Shown here: positions 26,493-35,837 of the stretch, piece after piece | How positions within the stretch are numbered: the stretch's first letter is position 1 | Layout: every line of letters begins with the position of its first letter | IMG/VR virus record: IMGVR_UViG_3300010352_001202 | Direction: 5' to 3' (one strand) | Source: a virus | Lineage: Duplodnaviria > Caudoviricetes | Length of the DNA: 64,000 bases | The notes under the pieces: generated by a model | What the model was told of the DNA's origin: nothing | What the model saw: only the letters and a program-made list of their open reading frames with translations | Database searches by the model: none | Translations under genes and position numbers: made by a program

Positions 26493-27875
26493 ATGAAATT
26501 TGCAAAAAACATTATTCTCAATAGCGATAGTTACAAGTACAGTCAATGGGTGCAATACCCTGCCGGAACGGAGTATGTTTACTCATACATCGAATCCAGA
26601 GGCGGAAAATACGACAAGCTGGTATTCCTAGGCCTGCAAGCCTTCCTGCGCGAATATCTGACCACACCGGTCACTCGCGCAATGGTTGATCAGGCTGAGG
26701 CAATCATGAAAGTTCACGGCGAGCCCTTTAACCGCGAAGGTTGGGATTACATCGTGAAAGAACATGGTGGTATACTGCCTGTTGAAATCAAGTCGGTGGA
26801 TGAAGGCTCGGTAATGTATTTAAAGAATGTGCTGGTGTCGATTGTGAATACCGACCCCAAGTGCTTCTGGCTTACAAGCTTCTTGGAAACTGCATTGCTT
26901 CGTGCAATCTGGTATCCTACTACGGTTGCCAGCAACAGCTACAAGAGTAAAGAAATCATCCTTGAATTCTTGAACCGCAATGGCGATCCTTCGCTTATTG
27001 ACTTCAAGTTGCACGACTTTGGCGCTCGTGGAGTATCGAGCCTGGAAAGTGCTGCATTGGGTGGTATGGCGCACTTGGTAAACTTCCTGGGCACAGACAC
27101 CGTGTCTGGTATCCTAGCAGCTATGGAATATTACGACGCAGAAGTTTGCGGCTTTAGTATTCCTGCCATGGAACACAGCACAGTTACAAGCTGGGGCCGT
27201 GAACATGAGGTGGATGCGTATCGCAATATGCTGAAGATTTACGGCAAACCCGGCATGCCGGTCGCGTTTGTTAGCGACAGCTACGACATCTACGAAGCCT
27301 GCAAGAAGTGGGGAACAGAGCTGAAGCAAGAAGTTATTGACAGCGGTGCGGTAGTTGTTGTCCGTCCGGACAGTGGCGATCCAGTGCAAGTTGTAAATGA
27401 CTGCTTGAAGATCCTTGACAAATATTACGGACATACCGTTAACGAGAAGGGCTTCCGAGTCCTGAACAATGTTCGCATTATCCAGGGTGATGGTATTGAT
27501 CATGTTATGATTCGTGCTATCCTGACAGTAATGGAACTAAATGGTTACAGTGCCGACAATGTTGCATTTGGACAAGGCGGTGCATTGCTCCAGCAAGTTA
27601 ACCGCGATACTCTTGAGTTTGCGATGAAGTGCTCGGCAGCAGTGATTGCTGGACAGTGGGTTGATGTATACAAGGATCCTATTACTTCTTCTGCCAAGAA
27701 GAGTAAGAAAGGTCGCTTGATGCTTGTGCGTGATGCCGATGGTAAGTTTGTTACCAAGAGGCTTGAGTACAACACAGAGGTAGACCTTCTGAAGACTCGC
27801 TGGATCAACGGTAAGTTCTGCAACCAGACTACATTCGACCAGGTTCGTGCCAGAGCTAAGGAGGGCGTTCACTAA
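26493..27875 (+). CDS. nadV: nicotinamide phosphoribosyltransferase
   Basis: SDSYKYS, LHDFGARG, HLVNFLGTD, IPAMEHS, VSDSYD, RPDSGDP, IIQGDG, KKSKKG. Confidence 0.95.
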   Translation: MKFAKNIILNSDSYKYSQWVQYPAGTEYVYSYIESRGGKYDKLVFLGLQAFLREYLTTPVTRAMVDQAEAIMKVHGEPFNREGWDYIVKEHGGILPVEIKSVDEGSVMYLKNVLVSIVNTDPKCFWLTSFLETALLRAIWYPTTVASNSYKSKEIILEFLNRNGDPSLIDFKLHDFGARGVSSLESAALGGMAHLVNFLGTDTVSGILAAMEYYDAEVCGFSIPAMEHSTVTSWGREHEVDAYRNMLKIYGKPGMPVAFVSDSYDIYEACKKWGTELKQEVIDSGAVVVVRPDSGDPVQVVNDCLKILDKYYGHTVNEKGFRVLNNVRIIQGDGIDHVMIRAILTVMELNGYSADNVAFGQGGALLQQVNRDTLEFAMKCSAAVIAGQWVDVYKDPITSSAKKSKKGRLMLVRDADGKFVTKRLEYNTEVDLLKTRWINGKFCNQTTFDQVRARAKEGVH

Positions 27876-27901
27876 ATAAGCACATACTTAATGAGGTGAA
27901 C

Positions 27902-29008
27902 ATGACAACAAAAATCGCAGTTTTAGGTGCAGGTCAAATTGGTAGAGCAGTATACAAGATTTTAACCGATCTTAGGGAAAACGATACTAGTGGACTGTAC
28001 AGCGATAATGAAGTATTTGTTGTCGACTCTAGCGAAGAGAATATTTCAAAGTTGGTATATGGTTCACACTATGTGATGAACCTTACCGACGGAGATGTAT
28101 CAGAGTTAACCAGCTTGCTGGTGGAACAAGGGGTGACGCATGTCATAAATGCGTTGCCCTTTTTCTTGAATGAAAAGGTGGCGTCTGCAGCCGTCAAAGC
28201 AAAGTGTGCCTATATCGATTTCACTGAAGACGATGTAATGGCAGATCGTGTACAAAAATTGTATGAAGGTACAGGTTTAACCTGCGCTGTAAAGTGCGGG
28301 TTGGCACCAGGCTTCATCAACTATGTTGGTTACAACCTAGTTGGCAGAATAGATATACCTGACTCACTTTTGGTAAGTGTTGGTGCTCTGCCCCGTACAG
28401 TTTCGTATCCGTTCACTCATCCTGAACAGTCGTATAACCTAACCTGGAGTGTTGATGGGTTGGTTAACGAGTACATTCGTCCATGCCGTGTAAGAAAGGA
28501 CGGTAAGGAAATGGAGATTCAGGCGTTAGATGGATTGTCCAAGGTGGTTATTGACGGATCGGAGTATGAAGCAGCCTATACTTCTGGTGGTGTTGGAAGT
28601 CTGGTCCGTGACCTTGCATATGTTCCTAATGTTCATTATATGACATTGCGTTATCCAGGTCATTACAAATATGTCAGATCCGTTGTTCATGAAACACACG
28701 GTGACTTTGAGAAGATGAAGAAAATCTTTCTTTCTAAATTCCCTACAACAGATGACGATGTAATTGTTGTTTATTCCAATGCTCTTGGAACAAATAAAGA
28801 CGGCACACTTGTCCGTAGAAGTTATTCCGACAAATTCTACGGTGTCGATGGCTTGACCGCAATTCAATCCACGACAGCAGGTTCCGGTGTCGCTATTCTC
28901 GAACTAATGCTTGACGGAAAACTATCCGGAACAGTAAATCACACAGATGTTGACTTAAATTCTTTCACCAATACTATCGCTTTTAAGACATATTACAAGT
29001 CTAGGTAA
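27902..29008 (+). CDS. saccharopine dehydrogenase-family NAD(P)-dependent oxidoreductase
   Basis: VLGAGQIG Rossmann motif, INALPF, CGLAPG, TWSVDGLVNEY, TLRYPGH; SD GAGGTG. Confidence 0.85.
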   Translation: MTTKIAVLGAGQIGRAVYKILTDLRENDTSGLYSDNEVFVVDSSEENISKLVYGSHYVMNLTDGDVSELTSLLVEQGVTHVINALPFFLNEKVASAAVKAKCAYIDFTEDDVMADRVQKLYEGTGLTCAVKCGLAPGFINYVGYNLVGRIDIPDSLLVSVGALPRTVSYPFTHPEQSYNLTWSVDGLVNEYIRPCRVRKDGKEMEIQALDGLSKVVIDGSEYEAAYTSGGVGSLVRDLAYVPNVHYMTLRYPGHYKYVRSVVHETHGDFEKMKKIFLSKFPTTDDDVIVVYSNALGTNKDGTLVRRSYSDKFYGVDGLTAIQSTTAGSGVAILELMLDGKLSGTVNHTDVDLNSFTNTIAFKTYYKSR

Positions 29009-29040
29009 TAAGTATTCTAACTGTACTTTAGTCTGATATT

Positions 29041-29048
29041 GATAAATA
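29041..29048 (+). promoter_or_regulatory. late promoter box GATAAATA within nested inverted repeats
   Basis: CTGTACTT(29021)...GATATT-GATA-AATATC...AAGTACAG(29061). Confidence 0.65.
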
Positions 29049-29105
29049 TCCATAAGTACAGATACAGAAGACTGAAACCAACCAGAGCATAGCAGGAGAG
29101 AATTA

Positions 29106-31046
29106 ATGTCTGATCTTTTTAAAGCATTGACCGAAGAGCAAAATGCATTTCGCCAAGAAGTTTACACAGTTAAGGAATATTTAGAATTGTGTAAAACCGA
29201 TAATATGTGCTATGCTTCAGCAGCAGAGCGGATGTTAACAGCAATTGGCGAACCCGAATTAGTAAATACCCACACAGATCCGCGCCTAAGCCGGATTTTC
29301 TATAACAGAACCATCAAGCGTTATCCAGCGTTCAACGACTTCTACGGTATGGAAGAAGCAATCGAACGCATTGTTGGATACTTCAAACACTCTGCACAGG
29401 GATTGGAAGAAAAGAAACAAATCCTTTATTTGCTAGGACCAGTCGGTGGCGGTAAGAGTTCGCTTGCAGAAAGATTGAAAGAATTAATTCAAGAGTGCCC
29501 AATTTATGTGCTTGCCGATAAAGACGGGCACATGAGTCCTGTGTTCGAAACACCATTAGGTCTATTCGGTAAGAATGAGTTTGGTGCTATCCTTGAAAAA
29601 GAATACAATATTCCACGCCGCTATCTAACAGATGTAATGAGCCCGTGGGCCGTAAAGCGCCTTAAGGAATATGGCGGAGATAAGACTAAATTCATGGTTG
29701 TTAAGGTATATCCTAGCAAGCTCGAACAACTAGGTGTCATTAAAACTGAACCAGGCGATGATAACAATCAAGACATTAGTAACTTGGTTGGTAAGACAAA
29801 TATTCGCATGCTGGAACACTTTGACCAGAACGATCCAGATAGTTATTCGTTCTCCGGAGCATTGTGCCGTGGCAATCAGGGTGTTGTTGAGTTTGTTGAA
29901 ATGTTTAAGGCACCTATTAAGATGCTTCACCCGTTGCTTACAGCTACACAAGAAGGAAACTATGTAGGAACCGAAGGCATTAGTGCTATTCCGTTCAATG
30001 GTGTTGTTCTTGCTCACAGTAATGAAAGCGAATGGCAAACATTCAAGAACAATAAGACAAACGAAGCGTTTATCGACCGTGTCTATGTTGTTAAGGTTCC
30101 GTATTGCTTGCGTATCACAGACGAACAAAACATCTACTCTAAGATGTTAGAGAACTCGAGCCTGTCTAAGGCACCGTGTGCTACAGAGACATTGAATATT
30201 TTGTCCAAATTCTGTGTACTAACACGCCTTGCAGAGCATGAGAACTCAAATGCCTTCAGCAAGATGAGAGTTTACGACGGCGAAGCCATTAAGGATAGTG
30301 ATCCTAAGGCAAAGAGCTTACAAGAATATAGAGACGCAGCAGGTGTTGACGAAGGCATGAGCGGTATTAGCACTCGTTTTGCATTCAAGATTCTATCAAA
30401 GACATTCAACTTTGATCCTAACGAAATTTCTGCAGATCCGGTACATTTAATGTTTGTACTTGAAGAAGCTATTAAGCAGGAGCAATTTGGCGAAGATAAG
30501 CAAGAAAAGTACATTAACTTCATCAAAGAATTCCTAGCACCTAAGTATTCTGAGCAATTAGGTACAGAAATCCAAAAGGCATACCTCGAAAGCTACAGCG
30601 ACTATGGTCAGAACCTGTTTAATCGCTATGTTGAGTATGCAGATGCATGGATTCAGGAGATTGACTACAAAGATCCCGATACAGGCAACTTGTTTGATAG
30701 AAATATCCTAAATAAAGAGCTTGAAAAGATTGAAAAGCCTGCCGGTATTGCAAATCCTAAGGATTTCAGAAACGAAGTTGTCAACTTTGTTATTAGAGCA
30801 ACAGCTAAGAACAAGGGAAATATGGTTAAGTGGACATCTTATGAGAAATTACGCGAAGTAATTGAAAAGAAGATGTTTGCTAGCACCGAAGAACTACTTC
30901 CTATTATTAGTTTCAGTGCAAAGAGCAGCACCGACGATCAAAAGAAGCACGACGAATTTGTAAAGAGAATGATGGAGAAGGGTTATACCGAAAAACAAGT
31001 AAAGAGGCTTGTCGAATGGTATATGAGAACCCAGAAGAGCTCATAA
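29106..31046 (+). CDS. prkA: PrkA/YeaG AAA+ protein (annotated serine kinase)
   Basis: FYGMEEAIERIVGYF, LLGPVGGGKSSLAE, KTEPGDDNNQDIS, EFVEMFKAPIKMLHPLLTATQE, EGMSGISTRF. Confidence 0.95.
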   Translation: MSDLFKALTEEQNAFRQEVYTVKEYLELCKTDNMCYASAAERMLTAIGEPELVNTHTDPRLSRIFYNRTIKRYPAFNDFYGMEEAIERIVGYFKHSAQGLEEKKQILYLLGPVGGGKSSLAERLKELIQECPIYVLADKDGHMSPVFETPLGLFGKNEFGAILEKEYNIPRRYLTDVMSPWAVKRLKEYGGDKTKFMVVKVYPSKLEQLGVIKTEPGDDNNQDISNLVGKTNIRMLEHFDQNDPDSYSFSGALCRGNQGVVEFVEMFKAPIKMLHPLLTATQEGNYVGTEGISAIPFNGVVLAHSNESEWQTFKNNKTNEAFIDRVYVVKVPYCLRITDEQNIYSKMLENSSLSKAPCATETLNILSKFCVLTRLAEHENSNAFSKMRVYDGEAIKDSDPKAKSLQEYRDAAGVDEGMSGISTRFAFKILSKTFNFDPNEISADPVHLMFVLEEAIKQEQFGEDKQEKYINFIKEFLAPKYSEQLGTEIQKAYLESYSDYGQNLFNRYVEYADAWIQEIDYKDPDTGNLFDRNILNKELEKIEKPAGIANPKDFRNEVVNFVIRATAKNKGNMVKWTSYEKLREVIEKKMFASTEELLPIISFSAKSSTDDQKKHDEFVKRMMEKGYTEKQVKRLVEWYMRTQKSS

Positions 31047-31058
31047 GGATAACACCTA

Positions 31059-32330
31059 ATGAGCAACTATACTATCATTGATAGAAGAGTTAACCCAAAG
31101 GGTAAGAATCTTTCGAATAGACAAAGATTCTTACACCGTACTAGAGAATGGGTTAAACAAAAGGTTCGTGAAAAGAGTGTAAACCGAAACATAACATCTA
31201 CAGACGGAGAATCAATCTCCGTTTCTCAGGATGATATTGCTGAACCTGTATTTGATTATAATCGCAAGGTAGGAGACTGGGATAGGGTATTACCTGGTAA
31301 TAAGGAATACATATCGGGCGATAAAATCAAGCGCGGCGAAGGTGGCTCGGGCAGAGGTAAAAGTGCCAGCGATAGTGGTGACGGCGAAGATGATTTTACC
31401 TTTACTATTTCTAAAGAAGAGTATCTAGATATACTTTTTGAAGATTTAGAACTACCCGATCTGGTAAAACAAAGCGAAACCGCAGCAGTTACCTTCGCAA
31501 GAAAGAGAACCGGCTTCTCAACATCGGGCTCTCCTAACAATCTTGATCTAGAACGCAGTTTTAGAAATGCATTGGGTAGAAGAATTGCACTAGCTTTCCC
31601 TATTGATCGAAAAATCAAAGCAAAAGAAGAAGAATTACTTACTGCCGCCGATGCAGAGAAGTTAATTATCGAAGCAGAGCTTGCCTTACTCCGTTCTAGA
31701 CGCGCCGCGGTAACATTCATTGATCAAATGGATGTTAGATACAAGAGATTTTCTAAAACACCTGTACCTAATTGCCAGGCAGTTGTTTTTTGCCTCATGG
31801 ATGTATCGGGAAGTATGGGAGAAAAGGAAAAAGAGACAGCTAAACGCTTTTTCTTATTGCTTTATTTGTTCTTACTTAGAAAATATCAAAAAGTTGAGAT
31901 TGTTTTCGTTAGGCATACTACAGATGCATCTGAATGTACAGAGGAAGAGTTCTTCTACGGTAAAGAAACTGGCGGAACAATGGTTAGTACAGGTGTAAAG
32001 GAAGTAAACAGCATTATTCAGCAGAGATATCCACTTGATGCATGGAATGTTTATTGTGTTCAAGCTTCAGATGGCGATAACTTTGATCACGATAATGCTT
32101 CATTGAAAGATGAATTAGAACTTCTAATACCTAAATGCCAGTATTATGTCTATAATGAAGTTCTGCAGGATAGAGCATATGGCAGCAGTAGCGAAACAAA
32201 TGTATTAACCGTAATGAAAGCATTGGCTGAAGAATATTCTAATTTGTCTATTGTGAATATTGGATCAGTTGAAAATGTTGTGCCAACATTTAGAAAAATA
32301 TTTACAAAGAAACCCAAAGATGCAAAATAA
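31059..32330 (+). CDS. yeaH: YeaH/YhbH (DUF444) vWA protein
   Basis: IIDRR.N.KGK...NRQRF, FEDLELP, MDVSGSM (MIDAS), ETGGT.VS, QASDGDN. Confidence 0.93.
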   Translation: MSNYTIIDRRVNPKGKNLSNRQRFLHRTREWVKQKVREKSVNRNITSTDGESISVSQDDIAEPVFDYNRKVGDWDRVLPGNKEYISGDKIKRGEGGSGRGKSASDSGDGEDDFTFTISKEEYLDILFEDLELPDLVKQSETAAVTFARKRTGFSTSGSPNNLDLERSFRNALGRRIALAFPIDRKIKAKEEELLTAADAEKLIIEAELALLRSRRAAVTFIDQMDVRYKRFSKTPVPNCQAVVFCLMDVSGSMGEKEKETAKRFFLLLYLFLLRKYQKVEIVFVRHTTDASECTEEEFFYGKETGGTMVSTGVKEVNSIIQQRYPLDAWNVYCVQASDGDNFDHDNASLKDELELLIPKCQYYVYNEVLQDRAYGSSSETNVLTVMKALAEEYSNLSIVNIGSVENVVPTFRKIFTKKPKDAK

Positions 32331-33783
32331 ATATTTGTTTGAAGGGTCCGAATGGGACTTTAATCTCGTGGATAGAACAATGAAGGAGCTAGATAAAATA
32401 GCTCCCGAATTAAAGCTCGATATTTATCCTAACCAACTAGAAGTTATTACAAGCGAACAGATGCTCGATGCTTATGCCAGCGTTGGACTTCCGGTTATGT
32501 ATAAACACTGGAGTTTCGGTAAACAATTCTCATACGAGAGCGATATGTACCGTAAAGGCAAGCGTGGCCTAGCGTACGAGATGGTCCTAAATACAAATCC
32601 TTGCATTAATTTCCTTATGGAGGAAAATACAGCAACAACACAGGTACTTGTATTGGCTCACGCTGGATACGGGCATAATCATGTGTTTAAGAATAACTAT
32701 ATGTTCAAGCAATGGACAGATGCTAGTAGCATTGTTGATTATCTTATCTTTGCTAAGAATTTCATTGCCGAATGTGAAGAAAAGTATGGTGCAGATGAGG
32801 TTGAAAAGACTTTAGATGCAGCACATGCCTTAATGAATCACGGAGTCGACAGATATCGTAGACCTTCCAAGCTAAGTCTCGATAAAGAAAGAGAAAAGCA
32901 AGAAGAACGAAAGAAATATCTGCAAGAGCAGGTAAATGAGTTGTGGAGAACTATTCCGACCACTAAGGCAAAGCCTGTTGAGGATACAAAATTTCTAAAA
33001 GAACCAGAAGAAAACATTCTTTACTTCTTAGAAAAGAAATCCCCTAAATTAAAGAACTGGCAGAGAGAAATTCTTCGCGTAGTTAGAAAGATTGCACAGT
33101 ATTTTGAACCACAAAGATGCACAAAGGTGCTCAATGAAGGATGGGCAAGCTTCACACACTATTACATGATGAATAGACTTTACGATAAGGGTCTACTATC
33201 TGAGGGTGCAATGCTTGAATTCCTTCAATTGCACACAAATGTTCTGTATCAACCAGATTTTGATAGTAAGTATTACAACGGAATGAATCCTTACTACTTA
33301 GGATTTGAAATCTTCAATGATATTCGCCGCATTTGCGAAAATCCTACCGCAGAAGACGAGGAATATTTTCCAGATCTAATGGGTGTTAATTGGGTTGACG
33401 CATGTATTGATGCTGTAGCAAATTACAGAGACGAAAGCTTTATTAGACAGTTCCTTAGCCCGCACCTGTGCAGAAAAATGGGTTTATTCTTGCTAAATGA
33501 CGACAACAAGAGTGATTACCTTGTAAAAGCTATTCATGACGAGCGCGGATTTAAACAAATAAGAAAATCTCTTGCCGATAATTATCTAACAGAGAACTAT
33601 ATGCCTAAAATCGAAGTGGTCGATGTTGATCATTACGGTACACGAAAGCTAACACTCATGTATTACAAGGTAGGTAATAGGGAATTGTCTCCCCAATCAA
33701 AGAATGTTATCAAACACATTGAAAATTTGTGGGGATTTCCTGTAGAGCTTGTTGATCAGGATATGAAACAGTACAAAGTTTAA
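32320..33783 (+). CDS. spoVR: SpoVR/YcgB family protein
   Basis: YPNQLEVITSEQMLDAY...GLP..Y.HWSFGK, GLAYE, HAGYGHNHVFKNN, NEGWASF, NPY.LGF. Confidence 0.93.
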   Translation: MQNKYLFEGSEWDFNLVDRTMKELDKIAPELKLDIYPNQLEVITSEQMLDAYASVGLPVMYKHWSFGKQFSYESDMYRKGKRGLAYEMVLNTNPCINFLMEENTATTQVLVLAHAGYGHNHVFKNNYMFKQWTDASSIVDYLIFAKNFIAECEEKYGADEVEKTLDAAHALMNHGVDRYRRPSKLSLDKEREKQEERKKYLQEQVNELWRTIPTTKAKPVEDTKFLKEPEENILYFLEKKSPKLKNWQREILRVVRKIAQYFEPQRCTKVLNEGWASFTHYYMMNRLYDKGLLSEGAMLEFLQLHTNVLYQPDFDSKYYNGMNPYYLGFEIFNDIRRICENPTAEDEEYFPDLMGVNWVDACIDAVANYRDESFIRQFLSPHLCRKMGLFLLNDDNKSDYLVKAIHDERGFKQIRKSLADNYLTENYMPKIEVVDVDHYGTRKLTLMYYKVGNRELSPQSKNVIKHIENLWGFPVELVDQDMKQYKV

Positions 33784-33806
33784 GGGCCCCGTAGGGCCCT
33801 TTTTTA
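33782..33806. terminator. terminator between convergent genes
   Basis: AAGGGCCC-CGTA-GGGCCCTT followed by T-run. Confidence 0.8.
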
Positions 33807-35135
33807 TATTCCTGCAAATATTCTAAACTGACGCGGCGGTAAGCCGTGTTTCTTTACATAGTATTCAAACGCCCATTTAACACCATGCTCCGCAATGGTG
33901 TCCTGAACAAGTTGGCTAAATGTCGCAGCACTAGAGCCTTGCATTGAACTTTTTGGTGCTTTGGCAAGTTTCTGTGGATCACCGACATGAGGGCCTTGAT
34001 ATACTTCGTCGAGCATAGGAGCCAATAGTTCAGCAAGCTTTTCTTCGTAAGCCCTGTTACTGTTGGGGCCGGATCTGTCACCGGTTTTTGTTCTAATTTT
34101 CTGATCTGCTCTGTTAGAGCCCTCGACATCCTTATTTAATCGATATAGGGAAGCTTTCTTTGTGCGATCAGGTGACTTTACCTTTTGCTTATAGCTTTTC
34201 ATGGTATCGACACTCAATTCGTTTAGCTCTTGCTCTTTTACAATTTCGTCAAGCATCTTTTCATAGCTTACATCTTGTGCAGGGGCACAGCGATTGATAC
34301 CGCCCATAGAACCCTCACCAAATCTGTCGCGATATGTATTTTGTTTCATGCCACGCGGTGTTCCTATAACGCTATTACCTTCGCCCGATAGTAAAAGATC
34401 GTACATTAGTTTGATAATCGCCATTGGCCTAGTCATTCCGTCGATCTTATCATAGAAATAAGCAATCTTTTCAGGCTTCATTCTTCTTGCAGCCTTTCCT
34501 TTTATTAGAACTTTGGCTTGAGCTTGCAAAGTTGGTAGATCTCTAATTGTTTCTAATCTCTTGATATCGTCTACTGTGAAATTATCATTAGAACCGTCAT
34601 TTGGCCCTTCCTTGACATGCTTCTTAGCATCATTTGCAAATTGCTTCTTGGTTGCTTGCACAATTCCGTGGAATCTCTTATTGCCACGAGCGGTATCACC
34701 TGCCTTATCGGCAGCCCTTGCATCAGCACCAGCAGCAGTTTTGTACTGTGCAAGCTTTTCGGTCGAAACTTCCATAATGTCTTCATCTTCGTCGGCAAGT
34801 TTTTCAACAACAATAACATTGCTTACAGGAGTCTTCATTAAGCGTCCATCGCCCACCCTAAAAAGAACTTCTGCATATCCTGCGCGATTTTGCCCGATAC
34901 TTTCAACCTTACCTTCCATCTGCATCTTCTTTGTGCGAATAGTATCGCCTGGTTTAGGAGTATCTGACTCGTCTTCTTCCATTTTCTTAGAAGTTTTCAT
35001 CCATTCGTCGTAGTTGAACGGTTGTTTTTGGTAGTCAGGATTAGTAGGCGGCTTATTTAGTGGAGGTGCATTCTTTCTCCACGGAGTTTCCCTACGGTCT
35101 CTGTTATCATCACTTTCGAACTGGGCTGAATTCAT
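33804..35135 (-). CDS. probable head-internal protein with repeated E(V/L)S...(L/M)..YK motifs
   Basis: EVSTEKLAQYKTAA and ELSVDTMKSYKQKV; SH3-like segment; minus-strand late box GATAAATA at 35158-35165. Confidence 0.7.
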   Translation of the reverse strand: MNSAQFESDDNRDRRETPWRKNAPPLNKPPTNPDYQKQPFNYDEWMKTSKKMEEDESDTPKPGDTIRTKKMQMEGKVESIGQNRAGYAEVLFRVGDGRLMKTPVSNVIVVEKLADEDEDIMEVSTEKLAQYKTAAGADARAADKAGDTARGNKRFHGIVQATKKQFANDAKKHVKEGPNDGSNDNFTVDDIKRLETIRDLPTLQAQAKVLIKGKAARRMKPEKIAYFYDKIDGMTRPMAIIKLMYDLLLSGEGNSVIGTPRGMKQNTYRDRFGEGSMGGINRCAPAQDVSYEKMLDEIVKEQELNELSVDTMKSYKQKVKSPDRTKKASLYRLNKDVEGSNRADQKIRTKTGDRSGPNSNRAYEEKLAELLAPMLDEVYQGPHVGDPQKLAKAPKSSMQGSSAATFSQLVQDTIAEHGVKWAFEYYVKKHGLPPRQFRIFAGI

Positions 35136-35171
35136 GTCAAAATCCTTTTCTTTAGACTATTTATCCATTAT

Positions 35172-35200
35172 TTGACAAAACCGTTAACATTGTATATAAT
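35172..35200 (+). promoter_or_regulatory. perfect sigma70 consensus promoter TTGACA-17-TATAAT
   Basis: Exact consensus; a late-like GCTAAATA follows at 35215-35222. Confidence 0.85.
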
Positions 35201-35269
35201 GGTAATGTTGCTGGGCTAAATAATTAGCCTGTTGGTATATCCAACTAGGGCAATTTAGGAGAAAGAAAG

Positions 35270-35809
35270 ATGCTTACAGCAAAACTTCTCCTTGTATATC
35301 TTTTGAGCACAGCAGGCGCCATTGATTTAGGCGTTGACACATCAACAATAGACCCTTCCGAAGCATATTGCTTGGCAGAGAATATTTACTATGAAGCGAG
35401 AAGTGAAAGTATACAAGGTCAATTTGCAGTTGCTTCTGTTACCCTAAATCGTGTAAATGATTCACGATTCCCAAATACTATCTGTAGGGTGGTTAAACAA
35501 ACAGCCACATCGAGGATTAGTAAGAAGATTGTCTGCGCTTTTTCATGGTATTGCGAGAATGACAAACGGGGTAAAGAAATACCTGTTCGAAACAAGGACG
35601 GATCCGTTAACCAAAAGGTGGTTGACCAGTTTCAGGTAGCGAGTATCGTAGCAATTAAGGTACTCAGCGGAGAAGTCAAGGATAACACACACGGGGCGAC
35701 CCATTTTCATAACCCGACTGCTAGTCAACCTGGCTGGACATCGGAATTAAAGAAAACAATGAGAGTGGGAAACCACGATTTTTACAGACTACCTCCTGTA
35801 AGGGAGTAA
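35270..35809 (+). CDS. cell wall hydrolase (SleB/Hydrolase_2)
   Basis: CLAENIYYEARSE, AVASVTLNRV...FPNTIC.VV.Q, AFSW, GATHFH, GNHDFY; N-terminal signal-like segment. Confidence 0.9.
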   Translation: MLTAKLLLVYLLSTAGAIDLGVDTSTIDPSEAYCLAENIYYEARSESIQGQFAVASVTLNRVNDSRFPNTICRVVKQTATSRISKKIVCAFSWYCENDKRGKEIPVRNKDGSVNQKVVDQFQVASIVAIKVLSGEVKDNTHGATHFHNPTASQPGWTSELKKTMRVGNHDFYRLPPVRE

Positions 35810-35814
35810 AATGG

Positions 35815-35836
35815 GCGGGGCTTCGGCCCCGTTTTA
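35815..35836 (+). terminator. Rho-independent terminator
   Basis: CGGGGC-TTCG-GCCCCG followed by TTTT. Confidence 0.85.
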
Positions 35837-35837
35837 T

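Noticed and set aside
35811-35837. ORF-track start at 35811
   Set aside because: These codons are the sleB terminator hairpin; ATG 35838 is more plausible.
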